From Clostridiales bacterium (lineage in GTDB: Bacteria > Bacillota > Clostridia > Oscillospirales > Ruminococcaceae): a stretch of 64,000 nt of DNA. This document shows positions 18,141 to 26,534 of the stretch, one piece after another. The translations under genes and the position numbers were made by a program. The notes below the pieces were generated by a model. It was not told the DNA's origin, made no database searches, and saw only the letters and a program-made list of their open reading frames with translations. The DNA lies in contig JAHZAY010000005.1 of assembly GCA_019423685.1 (NCBI GenBank), positions 20,057 through 84,056 on the forward strand, given 5' to 3'. The first letter of the stretch is position 1. The number at the start of each line of letters is the position of its first letter.

Positions 18141-19532
18141 TTACTCCTTTACTAACTCCTTTTTCATAATTCTTAAAGCGGTATCGGGATATTCGGTGCT
18201 GAGCAGGCCCATTGCCGCCAAAATGTACTTGCGGTCGACATAGATGTCTGCGCTCTTTGGTTTCAGCGAGAACGGATCAACCGGATTAAACAGCGCATGT
18301 GCGGCAATCTGTGCGGTGCGTTTGGTGTGGATAATGGCGCCGCCGGTGACAACCACCGTCTTAACTCCCGTCAAATCCTTACCGGTCTGCATGTAGCTGA
18401 CACCCATTGGGGAATAATACTGCTCCAGATGTCCGGCGTGGCGGGTAACTGCAACCTCAATTGCAAGGGAAGCCAGTGCATAATCCAATGCCTCGAGCTC
18501 GCTGTCATCATCGCCCGGTACGACGTCGGTGTGTACGCCCAGATAGTCGATCAGCTCCTTGCAGCGGTCCTCACTCAATCCCGAAAGCTCCGAAACGCGC
18601 ATGATGTCGGTGGCGTCCACGATGCCATGAATGCTGTACCGCATGCCGATGTCGCCCTCAACGGTGCGCTTAGCATATTCTTCGCGCAATCCCTTGAGTG
18701 CCGTCATGCCCATAGTAGGCAAACCGAAGGACATCGAGTAGACGTCGGTGGTTGCGCCGCCAAGGTCCACTCCGACCAGATCTCCGATGCCGTCCTCGTT
18801 CTTACTGCCCTTTGCCAGCAGCTTCATGGCGGTCAGCATAGCCGATGGGGTCGGCATCAGGATACCTTGAATCAGGTCCTGTGCGCGGCTCAAGCCCTTA
18901 GCTTTGACAATCTGCTCAAGGAACAGCTCGCGGATCTTTTTCTGGACTGGCTCCACATTTGGAATATCCAGACGCGGCATGACGTTTTCACAGACATAGG
19001 TCTGTTTGTCTTTCAAGATTTCCTGGCACTTGTCGGAACAGTTGCGGTTTCCGGCAATGATGATGGGGAAATCATGTTTGGCCTTTGCCAACATCTGTGC
19101 GTTGAAGATGATATTTTCCTTGTTGCCTCCATCTGTGCCGCCGGTCAGCAGGCAGATATCGGGGTTAATCTTATCGATTTCCTCCAAATCCCCTTCGGTC
19201 AGCTCATAGGAATAGGTCTTGATGACCTTTGCGCCCGCACCAAGAGATGCCTGGCGGGCGGCTTTGGCAGTCAGTTCCGGTACAAGACCGATGGCCACCA
19301 TCCGCAGTCCTCCAGCTGCGCTGGAGCAAGCATACCGCTCAGAGAAGGAAATGTCGCCGATCTGTTCCTTTAAGATGGCCAGCGCATTGTTGAGGCCATC
19401 GTTGATGTCGGTTTCAATGGTGGTAAAACTCTGTGCGGTGCCCAGGATTTTTTCTTCGTCCACATCCACCGCAGTGATTTTGGTATATGTGCTGCCAAAA
19501 TCGATCAGCAAAACTGCCTTCATTGTCTTCAC
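18141..19532 (-). CDS. glmL: glutamate mutase-associated GlmL/MutL protein (ASKHA-fold putative reactivase/chaperone)
   Basis: It has LLIDFGSTYTK (phosphate-1 motif) and VGVDLGGATTD (ASKHA motif). It sits between glmS and glmE as in the clostridial mutS-mutL-mutE arrangement. Confidence 0.85.
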   Translation of the reverse strand: MKTMKAVLLIDFGSTYTKITAVDVDEEKILGTAQSFTTIETDINDGLNNALAILKEQIGDISFSERYACSSAAGGLRMVAIGLVPELTAKAARQASLGAGAKVIKTYSYELTEGDLEEIDKINPDICLLTGGTDGGNKENIIFNAQMLAKAKHDFPIIIAGNRNCSDKCQEILKDKQTYVCENVMPRLDIPNVEPVQKKIRELFLEQIVKAKGLSRAQDLIQGILMPTPSAMLTAMKLLAKGSKNEDGIGDLVGVDLGGATTDVYSMSFGLPTMGMTALKGLREEYAKRTVEGDIGMRYSIHGIVDATDIMRVSELSGLSEDRCKELIDYLGVHTDVVPGDDDSELEALDYALASLAIEVAVTRHAGHLEQYYSPMGVSYMQTGKDLTGVKTVVVTGGAIIHTKRTAQIAAHALFNPVDPFSLKPKSADIYVDRKYILAAMGLLSTEYPDTALRIMKKELVKE

Positions 19533-19552
19533 CCTCTTTATAAAGTATCAGA

Positions 19553-19987
19553 CTAGTCCTCTACGTGAAGATCTTTCTTCAGGCAATCAATCGTAACCTG
19601 TGGGTCGGTGCCTGGGCCAAACGCGCGGTCAAAGCCCATTGCTTTGTAACGTCTTTCGATTTCCTCTACCGGCACTTTGCCGACAACCAGGTTGCCGCCT
19701 GCATACAGCAGGATGCCTTTCAGGCCAGCCTCATCGCACTTCTGGCGCATACCGGTGCAGTCAATCTCACCCTGGCCATACAGCGAGGAAACAACGATGG
19801 CATCTGCTCCAACCTCGACAGCAGCCTTGATAAACTCATCCTGTGGAACCAGTACGCCCAGGTTGGTTACGTCAAAGCCGGCATCCAGAAAGGCGCGGTT
19901 GAGGATGGCATTACCTACTGCGTGAACATCCGCTCCGATAACGCCGATAACCAGTTTTTTCTTTTCTTTTTTCTCAGTATTTTCCAT
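19553..19987 (-). CDS. glmS: glutamate mutase sigma (small, B12-binding) subunit
   Basis: [11 protein letters not shown] carries the D-x-H-x-x-G cobalamin-binding motif. [38 protein letters not shown] is nearly identical in pattern to clostridial GlmS/MutS. Confidence 0.95.
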   Translation of the reverse strand: MENTEKKEKKKLVIGVIGADVHAVGNAILNRAFLDAGFDVTNLGVLVPQDEFIKAAVEVGADAIVVSSLYGQGEIDCTGMRQKCDEAGLKGILLYAGGNLVVGKVPVEEIERRYKAMGFDRAFGPGTDPQVTIDCLKKDLHVED

Positions 19988-20026
19988 TTTTCTCGCACCT
20001 CTTATTTTTATTTGACGGCATCTGCG

Positions 20027-20584
20027 CTATTTGAGCGAATCCAGATACTCTTTTCTTCCAATTTCGTACAGGTTGTTGCCCTCGCTGTCGATGATGACGA
20101 AAGCCGGCAGATCCTCAACCTCCAGGCGGCGCAGAGCCTCCGCACCGAGATCCTCATACGCAATGATTTCCGCTTTTTTGATGCAGCGGGACAGCAGTGC
20201 GCCTGCACCGCCGATGGCGCCAAAATAAACTGCGCCGTACTTCTTCATCGCGTCCACAACCTCTTTGCTGCGCTTGCCCTTACCGATCATGCCGCGCTGT
20301 CCCAGCTCGATCATCGTTGGGGAGTAAGCATCCATGCGGTAGCTGGTGGTTGGACCAGCAGAACCGATGACCTGATTGCCCTTTGCCGGCGCCGGTCCAA
20401 CATAATAGATGACCGAATCTTTTGGATCAAACGGCAGTTCTTTGCCCTGTGCAACCAGTTCGCACAGACGTTTGTGCGCCGCATCGCGGGCGGTGTAGAT
20501 GACACCTGTGATCAGTACGCTGTCTCCACATTTTAAATCCTTTACCTGCTCCAAGGTAAGTGGAGTTGTTATCCGCTTTTCCAT
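20027..20584 (-). CDS. Fe-S hydro-lyase beta subunit (class I fumarate hydratase/tartrate dehydratase type); probable mesaconase beta
   Basis: GVIYTARDAAHKRL and GKGKRS motifs match the FumA C-terminal/TtdB-type domain. The gene sits directly upstream of glmS. Confidence 0.8.
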   Translation of the reverse strand: MEKRITTPLTLEQVKDLKCGDSVLITGVIYTARDAAHKRLCELVAQGKELPFDPKDSVIYYVGPAPAKGNQVIGSAGPTTSYRMDAYSPTMIELGQRGMIGKGKRSKEVVDAMKKYGAVYFGAIGGAGALLSRCIKKAEIIAYEDLGAEALRRLEVEDLPAFVIIDSEGNNLYEIGRKEYLDSLK

Positions 20585-20601
20585 AACCTGCTCCTCCTCC
20601 T

Positions 20602-21441
20602 TTACATCTCTACCGTCTTGTGACGGGTGACATGGCAGTTGATGTTGACGGCAATCGGAAGGCCCGCAATGTGTGTCGGCATCTTCTCGATGTTGACAGC
20701 CAGTGCAGTGGTCTTGCCGCCGACGCCCTGTGGGCCGATGCCCAGTGCGTTGATCTTCTCGAGCATTTCCTTCTCAAGATCTGCATAGAACGGGTCGGCG
20801 TTGCGCACGTCGGTGCTGCGCATCAGTGCCTTTTTGGCCAGCAGTGCTGCTTTGTCAAAGGTTCCGCCGATGCCGACTCCGACGACGATTGGCGGGCATG
20901 GGTTTGGACCAGCATCCTCTACAACCTTGAGGATGAAGTCTTTGACACCCTGCAGGCCGTCAGAAGGTTTGAGCATTTTGATCTGGCTCATATTCTCACT
21001 GCCGAATCCCTTTGGTGCAACAGTGAGCTTGAAGCCGTCGCCTGGCACGATATCGTAGTAGATCATTGCTGGAGTATTATCGGTGGTGTTGACGCGGTCG
21101 AGTGGGTCGCGGACAACCGATTTGCGCAGGCAGCCCTCGATGTAGCCCTCACGCACGCCCTCATTGACCGCCTCTTCCAGGTTTCCGTTGATATGTACGT
21201 CCTGTCCAATCTCCATAAAGACGCAGGCCATACCAGTATCCTGGCAGATCGGAACGTAGTTTTCCTCTGCGATCAGATAATTTTCGTGGATGATACCCAG
21301 GATATTTTTTGCCAGTGCCCAGGGTTCGTCCTGCTCGCACTTGTTGATCTTTTCCTTGATATCTTCCGGAAGATAGGAATTTGCTTCCATGCAAAGACGC
21401 TTTACCTGAGCGGTAATGTCCTTGGCATTAATCTCTCTCAT
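20602..21441 (-). CDS. Fe-S hydro-lyase alpha subunit (class I fumarate hydratase type); probable mesaconase alpha
   Basis: PICQDTGMACVF is the Fe-S ligand motif of class I fumarases, and GVGIGGT is also present. It is the first gene of the operon. Confidence 0.8.
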   Translation of the reverse strand: MREINAKDITAQVKRLCMEANSYLPEDIKEKINKCEQDEPWALAKNILGIIHENYLIAEENYVPICQDTGMACVFMEIGQDVHINGNLEEAVNEGVREGYIEGCLRKSVVRDPLDRVNTTDNTPAMIYYDIVPGDGFKLTVAPKGFGSENMSQIKMLKPSDGLQGVKDFILKVVEDAGPNPCPPIVVGVGIGGTFDKAALLAKKALMRSTDVRNADPFYADLEKEMLEKINALGIGPQGVGGKTTALAVNIEKMPTHIAGLPIAVNINCHVTRHKTVEM

Positions 21442-21552
21442 CGTATTTTCCCTCCCGATAGTTTTGGCCGGACCGGTTATCCGGCCAGACCTTTATTTGA
21501 TAAACGCACGGAGTCGTTCCCCCTGCGCATTATATCCTTTTTTCCTGTGTCT

Positions 21553-21581
21553 ACTGTACCACCATTTTTTCCGTTTTGCAA
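21553..21581 (-). promoter_or_regulatory. candidate promoter of the glutamate-fermentation operon
   Basis: On the minus strand: TTGCAA (21576-21581), 17 nt spacer, then TGgTACAGT (-10 at 21553-21558). The -35 element lies inside the repeated AAAACTTGCAAAA motif. Confidence 0.35.
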
Positions 21582-21586
21582 GTTTT
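21574..21586. repeat. 13-nt motif TTTTGCAAGTTTT, copy 1 (palindromic TTGCAA core)
   Basis: Exact 13-mer, repeated at 21676-21688. A third TTGCAAG core lies at 21596-21602. Confidence 0.9.
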
Positions 21587-21675
21587 CTTTCATCCTTGCA
21601 AGATTGTTTTCACCGTGTAAAAAGTGGGCAATTTGCGCGTATTTCGGCCCATTTCCGGTGAAAGCGCTTAAACTT

Positions 21676-21688
21676 TTTTGCAAGTTTT
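21676..21688. repeat. 13-nt motif TTTTGCAAGTTTT, copy 2
   Basis: Exact repeat of 21574-21586, 102 nt away, in the 415-nt region upstream of the operon. Confidence 0.9.
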
Positions 21689-21856
21689 ATCTCTTTTGCT
21701 GAAAGCAGACAAAACGGCAATCGCTCCAGCACCTTCTTAATTAAAATATATCACAAATTCCTGTCTTTTAAAAGGCTTTTTTAGCACATTTTCCAAAAAG
21801 AGGAGAGCTTTTTCTCAGCGCACTTTCATGTTTTGAATCTCGCACTGCATCCTCTC

Positions 21857-22732
21857 TCAGTCTCCCATCTGCAAATACCGAAATCCTTCTCCATGTACCT
21901 CATTGGATTCCAGCACCACCATAAAGGAGGCCGGATCTGCAGCTTTGACTGCCTGCTGCACCTCGTACATCTGCCTGTCGCTGCACGCACACATCACCAC
22001 CTGCTTGTCGTCCTGCCGGTATCCCCCATACGCCTTTAAAATGGTGGAGCCCCGCTTGCAGGTGTCGTCGATGACCTGACAAATTCTGCTTCCCTGCTCG
22101 GTGACCACCAGCGCCAGCTTTCCGGCATTGGCGCCGTACATCACCTTGTCCACAACTGCCGAAAACAAAAAGCTGACGATCATCCCATAGATGACGCCGT
22201 CGGCATCCTGAAACAGCACGCCGCCTGCCAACACAATCGCCACATCGGTAACAAATGCAATTTTTCCAATTGATAAGTCCGGCCGCACCGCCTTCATCGC
22301 CATCACCACAAAATCAGCTCCTCCGCTCGAAGAATTCTGCATATAAATCAGCGCATATCCCAGCCCCATCGTCACGCCGGTGCACAGTGCCGCCAACATC
22401 CGATCTCCATCATAGGCCGGAAGCAGCGGGCCCACATAGTCGATCAGCAGGGAGGAAACCAGCATACACCGCACCGACCGCAGAAAAAAGCCCTTGCCCA
22501 GCATGCGGTAGCACACCACCGCCAGCGGAATATTCAGCAGCACGCTCACTGCACCGATGGGCAACCCCCACAGCCGGTTAAAGATCAGTGCGATGCCTGA
22601 AAAACCGGTCAGCGGAAAGGCCGCATTCACCGCAAAGCAGTCCAGCGCCACTGCCACTAAAAATCCGCCCAAGGTCTCCAGTCCAAAAGATAGCAGCATC
22701 TTTTCCAACTGTTTTTTTGATTGATGTTTCAT
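21857..22732 (-). CDS. YitT family membrane protein (C-terminal DUF2179)
   Basis: It has a multi-pass N-terminal region (FPLTGFSGIALI, GGADFVVM). The C-terminal GSTILKAYGGYRQDDKQVVMCACSDRQMYEVQQAVKAADPASFMVV is typical of DUF2179. Confidence 0.8.
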   Translation of the reverse strand: MKHQSKKQLEKMLLSFGLETLGGFLVAVALDCFAVNAAFPLTGFSGIALIFNRLWGLPIGAVSVLLNIPLAVVCYRMLGKGFFLRSVRCMLVSSLLIDYVGPLLPAYDGDRMLAALCTGVTMGLGYALIYMQNSSSGGADFVVMAMKAVRPDLSIGKIAFVTDVAIVLAGGVLFQDADGVIYGMIVSFLFSAVVDKVMYGANAGKLALVVTEQGSRICQVIDDTCKRGSTILKAYGGYRQDDKQVVMCACSDRQMYEVQQAVKAADPASFMVVLESNEVHGEGFRYLQMGD

Positions 22733-23005
22733 TCCCTTTCCCGTCCTCTCTGATTGTTCTGTCCTTTTCCTTCAACAAAAAAGAGCGCCTGCGGCTCTTC
22801 GATATGATCCGCAAACGCTCTTTTCCGTATTTCAGAATAGCACACAATTTTATTGCTGTCAAATTTTATATTTTTATACAAATTGTTGAATATTTTGCTC
22901 CCTTTCTCGACCACACCCTCCTTGCCCAACTGTGCAATCTATGGTATGATAAAAGCAAATCTGTGTGGAGAATTGCTCTTTTAAATTTGGAAAGGAAGTG
23001 TCCTG

Positions 23006-23620
23006 ATGAAACTGCAAAAACGGCTATCTCGGATAACCTGCTTGCTGCTTGTATTCTGCTTTGCTCTGATGCTCGGCTCCTGCAAAGCGGACAATAGCCA
23101 GAGTTCTGCTGCTGTGGGTGAAAACACCATCCAGCCTGCTGTGCTGACTCAGGCAGAGAACGACCTGCTGGCATTGGTCGGAGAGCAGCAGCCTCTGCTG
23201 TTTGATTTTACCGTTTCGGGCGCTTCTGGCTGCAGCGTGCAGCTGTTGACATTGGAGGATGGAAGCTGGCAGCCTGCCGGCGGCTCCACAAATTCCTCCG
23301 TTCCTGCCGAATACTCTGGACGGATAGCCTTTACCTTCGGGGAGGACGGCCGCTTTTCGGGCCTTGCCTTCCAGGATGAGTCTGGTGTCTCCCGGATCAC
23401 CCAGGACCCGGACGGCCAGACCTTTTCCGCCCACGCCTCCACCACCGTCGCGGACCCGGTTCAGATCACCCTGAATGAACCGATCGCCCTGTGGGTCTAC
23501 TACGGGGAAAAGGAGGCTTCTGCCTCCACAACAGCCTATTTCCCCGATCAGGCGCTGGAAAACCCGGAAAGAATTAGCAGCGACTTTGCGCAGCTGATTA
23601 CCATCACCTTTACAAAATAA
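23006..23620 (+). CDS. lipoprotein of unknown function (paralogue of 25785-26381)
   Basis: The signal peptide has the lipobox LMLGSC. No recognisable catalytic motif. Confidence 0.7.
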   Translation: MKLQKRLSRITCLLLVFCFALMLGSCKADNSQSSAAVGENTIQPAVLTQAENDLLALVGEQQPLLFDFTVSGASGCSVQLLTLEDGSWQPAGGSTNSSVPAEYSGRIAFTFGEDGRFSGLAFQDESGVSRITQDPDGQTFSAHASTTVADPVQITLNEPIALWVYYGEKEASASTTAYFPDQALENPERISSDFAQLITITFTK

Positions 23621-23723
23621 CATGAATACCGCTCCATAACTCCCGATTCAAAAGGGCCGGTTTGTGTTTGACGCAAACCGGCCCTTTCTTTTTCATCTTT
23701 CATCAACGCAGTGGGAAATTGTC

Positions 23724-24305
23724 CTAGTCCAGCTCCATCCGATCGCTGGGAGAAATGGTGCGCAGCACCCTGCAGGGGTTGCCCACTGCGACCGAGTTTG
23801 CGGGGATGTCCCTAGTCACCACGCTGCCAGCACCGATCACGCAGTTGTCGCCGATGGTGACGCCGGGCAGCACTGTGCACCCGCCACCAAACCAGACGTT
23901 GTTGCCCACCACGATAGGGCGAGCAAATTCCACCCCACTCCTGCGCTGTTCTGGGTCAATCGGATGAGCAGCGGTGTAAAAGCCGCAGTTTGGACCGATC
24001 TGCATGTCGTCCCCAAAGGTGACTGGTGCGCAATCGAGGATCACAAGGTTGTGATTGGAGTAAAAATTCTTTCCTATCGAGATGTTGCTCCCATAGTCGC
24101 ACCAAAAATCCGGCTCCAGGTGGGGCAGCTCCTGCGCGGCATTGGGGAGCAGAGCGCGCAAAATTGCGGCTTTCTTGTTCTCCTCCTGAGGCGCAGTCTG
24201 GTTAAAGGCAAAGCACAGCTCCTTGCACCTTCTGCGCGCCTGCACAAGCTCTGGGTCCCCCGCATCATACACCTTGCCTGCAATCATCTTTTCCCTCTCT
24301 GTCAT
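23724..24305 (-). CDS. maa: maltose/galactoside O-acetyltransferase (hexapeptide-repeat family)
   Basis: The N-terminus MTEREKMIAGKVYDAGDPELVQARRRCKELCFAFN is Mac-domain-like. It is followed by left-handed beta-helix hexapeptide repeats (IGDNCVIGAGSVV). Confidence 0.85.
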   Translation of the reverse strand: MTEREKMIAGKVYDAGDPELVQARRRCKELCFAFNQTAPQEENKKAAILRALLPNAAQELPHLEPDFWCDYGSNISIGKNFYSNHNLVILDCAPVTFGDDMQIGPNCGFYTAAHPIDPEQRRSGVEFARPIVVGNNVWFGGGCTVLPGVTIGDNCVIGAGSVVTRDIPANSVAVGNPCRVLRTISPSDRMELD

Positions 24306-24501
24306 CCAAAAGTTCCTCCCCTTATTGCCCCCAAGGGCTCATTTTTTCTCATTATAGCACAGTATCTTTTCTGCCGGCAACACTGCATCCTGTCAGGAAT
24401 TGCTTCTCCTTGCCGCCCAATTCGGTTCTGAAAGGGAAAAAGATGTTATATCATGTTAAATTTTTTAACAAAATGTTATTTTTGTATTTGCTTTATGAAC
24501 T

Positions 24502-24528
24502 TTAGCACTCTCCTATTGACAGTGCTAA
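24502..24528 (+). promoter_or_regulatory. CIRCE element (HrcA operator)
   Basis: TTAGCACTC-N9-CAGTGCTAA versus the consensus TTAGCACTC-N9-GAGTGCTAA (one mismatch). It overlaps the -35 box of the hsp20 promoter. Confidence 0.8.
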
Positions 24529-24544
24529 TTGTTTGCGCTATACT
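24516..24544 (+). promoter_or_regulatory. sigma-A promoter of the hsp20 tandem
   Basis: TTGACA (24516-24521), 17 nt spacer, then TATACT (24539-24544). Confidence 0.7.
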
Positions 24545-24680
24545 GTGTTCAGAACAAAAGAAAAGGACCTGATGGGACGAAGATCCCAGAGAGCTCCCAG
24601 TCGGGGGTTCCGGTTCAAAGAAACGATCCCCTTCCTTTGTTCATAGAACAGTGAACATAGATGAAATGGAGGAATGTTTT

Positions 24681-25130
24681 ATGTTACTGCCTAGCATCTT
24701 TGGTGAAAATTTGTTCGATGATTTTGATAACTTCAATTTTAATAGAGCGCTTAACCGCATGAACCACGAGCTGTACGGCAAACACAGCCACAACATGATG
24801 AAGGCCGATGTACGCGAGACCGAGAACAGCTACGAGCTGGATGTCGACCTGCCAGGCTTCAAGAAAGATGAGATTAAGGTAGAGTTGGACAACGGTTACC
24901 TGAATATCTCCGCTTCCAAGGGTCTGGACAAAGACGAGGAGAACAACAAAGGCGAGTACATCCGCCGCGAGCGCTATGCCGGTGCGATGAGCCGCAGCTT
25001 CTATGTCGGCGAGCAGTTGACCCAGCAGGATGTCAAAGCAAAATTTGAGGATGGCATCCTGAGAATCAGCATCCCGAAGAAGGAAGAACAGCAGCAGGTT
25101 GCACAGGATAAACACATTGCTATTGAATAG
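24681..25130 (+). CDS. Hsp20/alpha-crystallin family small heat-shock protein, copy 1
   Basis: The alpha-crystallin domain reads DVRETENSYELDVDLPGFKKDEIKVELDNGYLNISA ... FEDGILRISIPKK. GGAGGA lies 7 nt upstream of the ATG at 24681. Confidence 0.9.
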   Translation: MLLPSIFGENLFDDFDNFNFNRALNRMNHELYGKHSHNMMKADVRETENSYELDVDLPGFKKDEIKVELDNGYLNISASKGLDKDEENNKGEYIRRERYAGAMSRSFYVGEQLTQQDVKAKFEDGILRISIPKKEEQQQVAQDKHIAIE

Positions 25131-25201
25131 CAGCCGCCGCACCGCAAGGTGCAAAAAAATCTTTGCAAATAATAACTGATATAAATTTGGAGGAATGACT
25201 T

Positions 25202-25648
25202 ATGTTACCAACCCTGTTTAGAGACAATCTTTTCGATGATATGTTTAACTTTGACGACTTTGACAAAGAGATGGACCGCATGATGAGACCGCTGTACGGC
25301 AAACATGCGCAGAACGTCATGAAGACCGATGTGCGTGAGACCGAGAACAGCTATGAGCTGGACATCGACCTGCCAGGCTTCAAGAAGGATGAGATCAAGG
25401 TAGAGCTGGACAACGGCTACCTGAGCATCTCCGCTTCCAAGGGTCTGGACAAGGACGAAGAGAACAACAAGGGCAAATATATCCGCCGCGAGCGCTATGC
25501 TGGCGCAATGAACCGTACCTTCTACGTCGGCAATCATCTGACCCAGCAGGATATCAAGGCAAAATTTGAGGACGGTATCCTGAAGATCAGCGTACCAAAG
25601 AAGGATGTTCAGCAGGTTGCTGCCAACAAGCACATCGCCATTGAATAG
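25202..25648 (+). CDS. Hsp20/alpha-crystallin family small heat-shock protein, copy 2 (tandem duplicate)
   Basis: The core is nearly identical to copy 1 at both protein and DNA level. It has the same GGAGGAATG-N-ATG translation start context, and no terminator lies between the copies. Confidence 0.9.
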   Translation: MLPTLFRDNLFDDMFNFDDFDKEMDRMMRPLYGKHAQNVMKTDVRETENSYELDIDLPGFKKDEIKVELDNGYLSISASKGLDKDEENNKGKYIRRERYAGAMNRTFYVGNHLTQQDIKAKFEDGILKISVPKKDVQQVAANKHIAIE

Positions 25649-25699
25649 TCTTTTATCTCCACATCCCTTTTGTCCGTTTGTGACTTTATATTCCCGAAC

Positions 25700-25747
25700 A
25701 GCAGGGGGAGCGAACCCAATGGGTTCGCTCCCCCTGCTTTATTTTTT
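25700..25747. terminator. intrinsic terminator (bidirectional position)
   Basis: An 18-bp perfect stem agcagggggagcgaaccc / gggttcgctccccctgct with loop aat, followed by a T-run. Confidence 0.85.
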
Positions 25748-25784
25748 CCCCAATATTGTAGGCTCACCTATAGCCGTCAAAAGC

Positions 25785-26381
25785 TTACTCAGACAGGGTA
25801 AGCGCAAGCATCTGTGCCTGGTCGCCGCCGATCTGTTCTGGGTGATGGTAAAAATCAACGGGGATCGCCGCCTGCGTGTTGCTGCTCTCCTCATTGCCGA
25901 TCAGCAACAGCAGAGGAAGCGGCTCCCCCACAACGACCGTTTGCTCCTGCTGTGCAAAAGCTGAGGCCGCGTAAACGGCACCTTCTTTAAAGGAAATTTC
26001 CGGACACGCACTGGCAACAGACCCATCGTCTCCCTGCCAGGCGATGCGGCATTCTTTAGCTATTTCCCCGGAAAGGGCAAGCAGCAGCCTGCCAGAAATG
26101 GGCGTTGCATCGTCGTACTGCAGCCCAAAAAGGGTTCCTTCCTGCTTTTTCCACTCTCCTGCTTCCAGCGAGTAGAGGTTCACCTCCAACCTGGTGGTTT
26201 CTTGCGAGGAAAGGTGATAGACGACCGTGTCGTCTCCCGCTACAAGGTGCAAGATGCTCTCTTCCTCTTTTGAAAGCTGAGCCGGCACAAGGACATCCTG
26301 TGTGCCAGCACTCGCCTGGCACCCCGAAAAGACAAGACAACAGACAACAAGCAGCATAGACAAAAAGCACCTTCGGAGCAT
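25785..26381 (-). CDS. lipoprotein of unknown function (paralogue of 23006-23620)
   Basis: It has the lipobox LVFSGC. Collinear similarity to 23006-23620 includes LSKEEESILHLVAGD vs LTQAENDLLALVGEQ, LEAGEWK vs LEDGSWQ, ISGRLLLAL vs YSGRIAFTF and VVVGEPLPLLLLIG vs ITLNEPIALWVYYG. Confidence 0.7.
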   Translation of the reverse strand: MLRRCFLSMLLVVCCLVFSGCQASAGTQDVLVPAQLSKEEESILHLVAGDDTVVYHLSSQETTRLEVNLYSLEAGEWKKQEGTLFGLQYDDATPISGRLLLALSGEIAKECRIAWQGDDGSVASACPEISFKEGAVYAASAFAQQEQTVVVGEPLPLLLLIGNEESSNTQAAIPVDFYHHPEQIGGDQAQMLALTLSE

Positions 26382-26474
26382 GACGGTTCCTCCTTAACTT
26401 AAGACAGCAATTGCTGTTTTAAGGAAAGCATATCAGTTCCTTAGACATTTGTCAATAAGCAAGTCAAACAACCT

Positions 26475-26513
26475 AAAAAGGGGAGGGCCTTATTAAAAGG
26501 CCCTCCCCTTTTT
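26475..26513. terminator. intrinsic terminator downstream of the aldo/keto reductase gene
   Basis: Hairpin aaaaaggggagggcc ... ggccctccccttttt, with A/T runs on both sides. Confidence 0.8.
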
Positions 26514-26534
26514 CTATCTTGCCCAATCAGCAGC

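Noticed and set aside
16776-18155. 459-aa plus-strand ORF antisense to glmE. The same applies to 15501-16634 antisense to mal and 18297-19373 antisense to glmL.
   Set aside because: The minus-strand products match glutamate mutase and methylaspartase almost residue for residue. The antisense frames are compositional artefacts.
19553-19987. The name glmS could be misread as glucosamine-6-phosphate synthase, or mutS as mismatch repair.
   Set aside because: The 144-aa product with a DxHxxG B12-binding motif is the small subunit of glutamate mutase. It is unrelated to the 600-aa amidotransferase and to MutS ATPases.
21442-21552. A possible cobalamin riboswitch in the leader of the B12-dependent glutamate mutase operon.
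   Set aside because: I could not find the conserved B12-box (rAGYCMGgAgaCCkGCc-like) or the multi-stem architecture. The leader is only about 100 nt and holds one simple hairpin. A covariance-model scan would be needed to exclude it fully.
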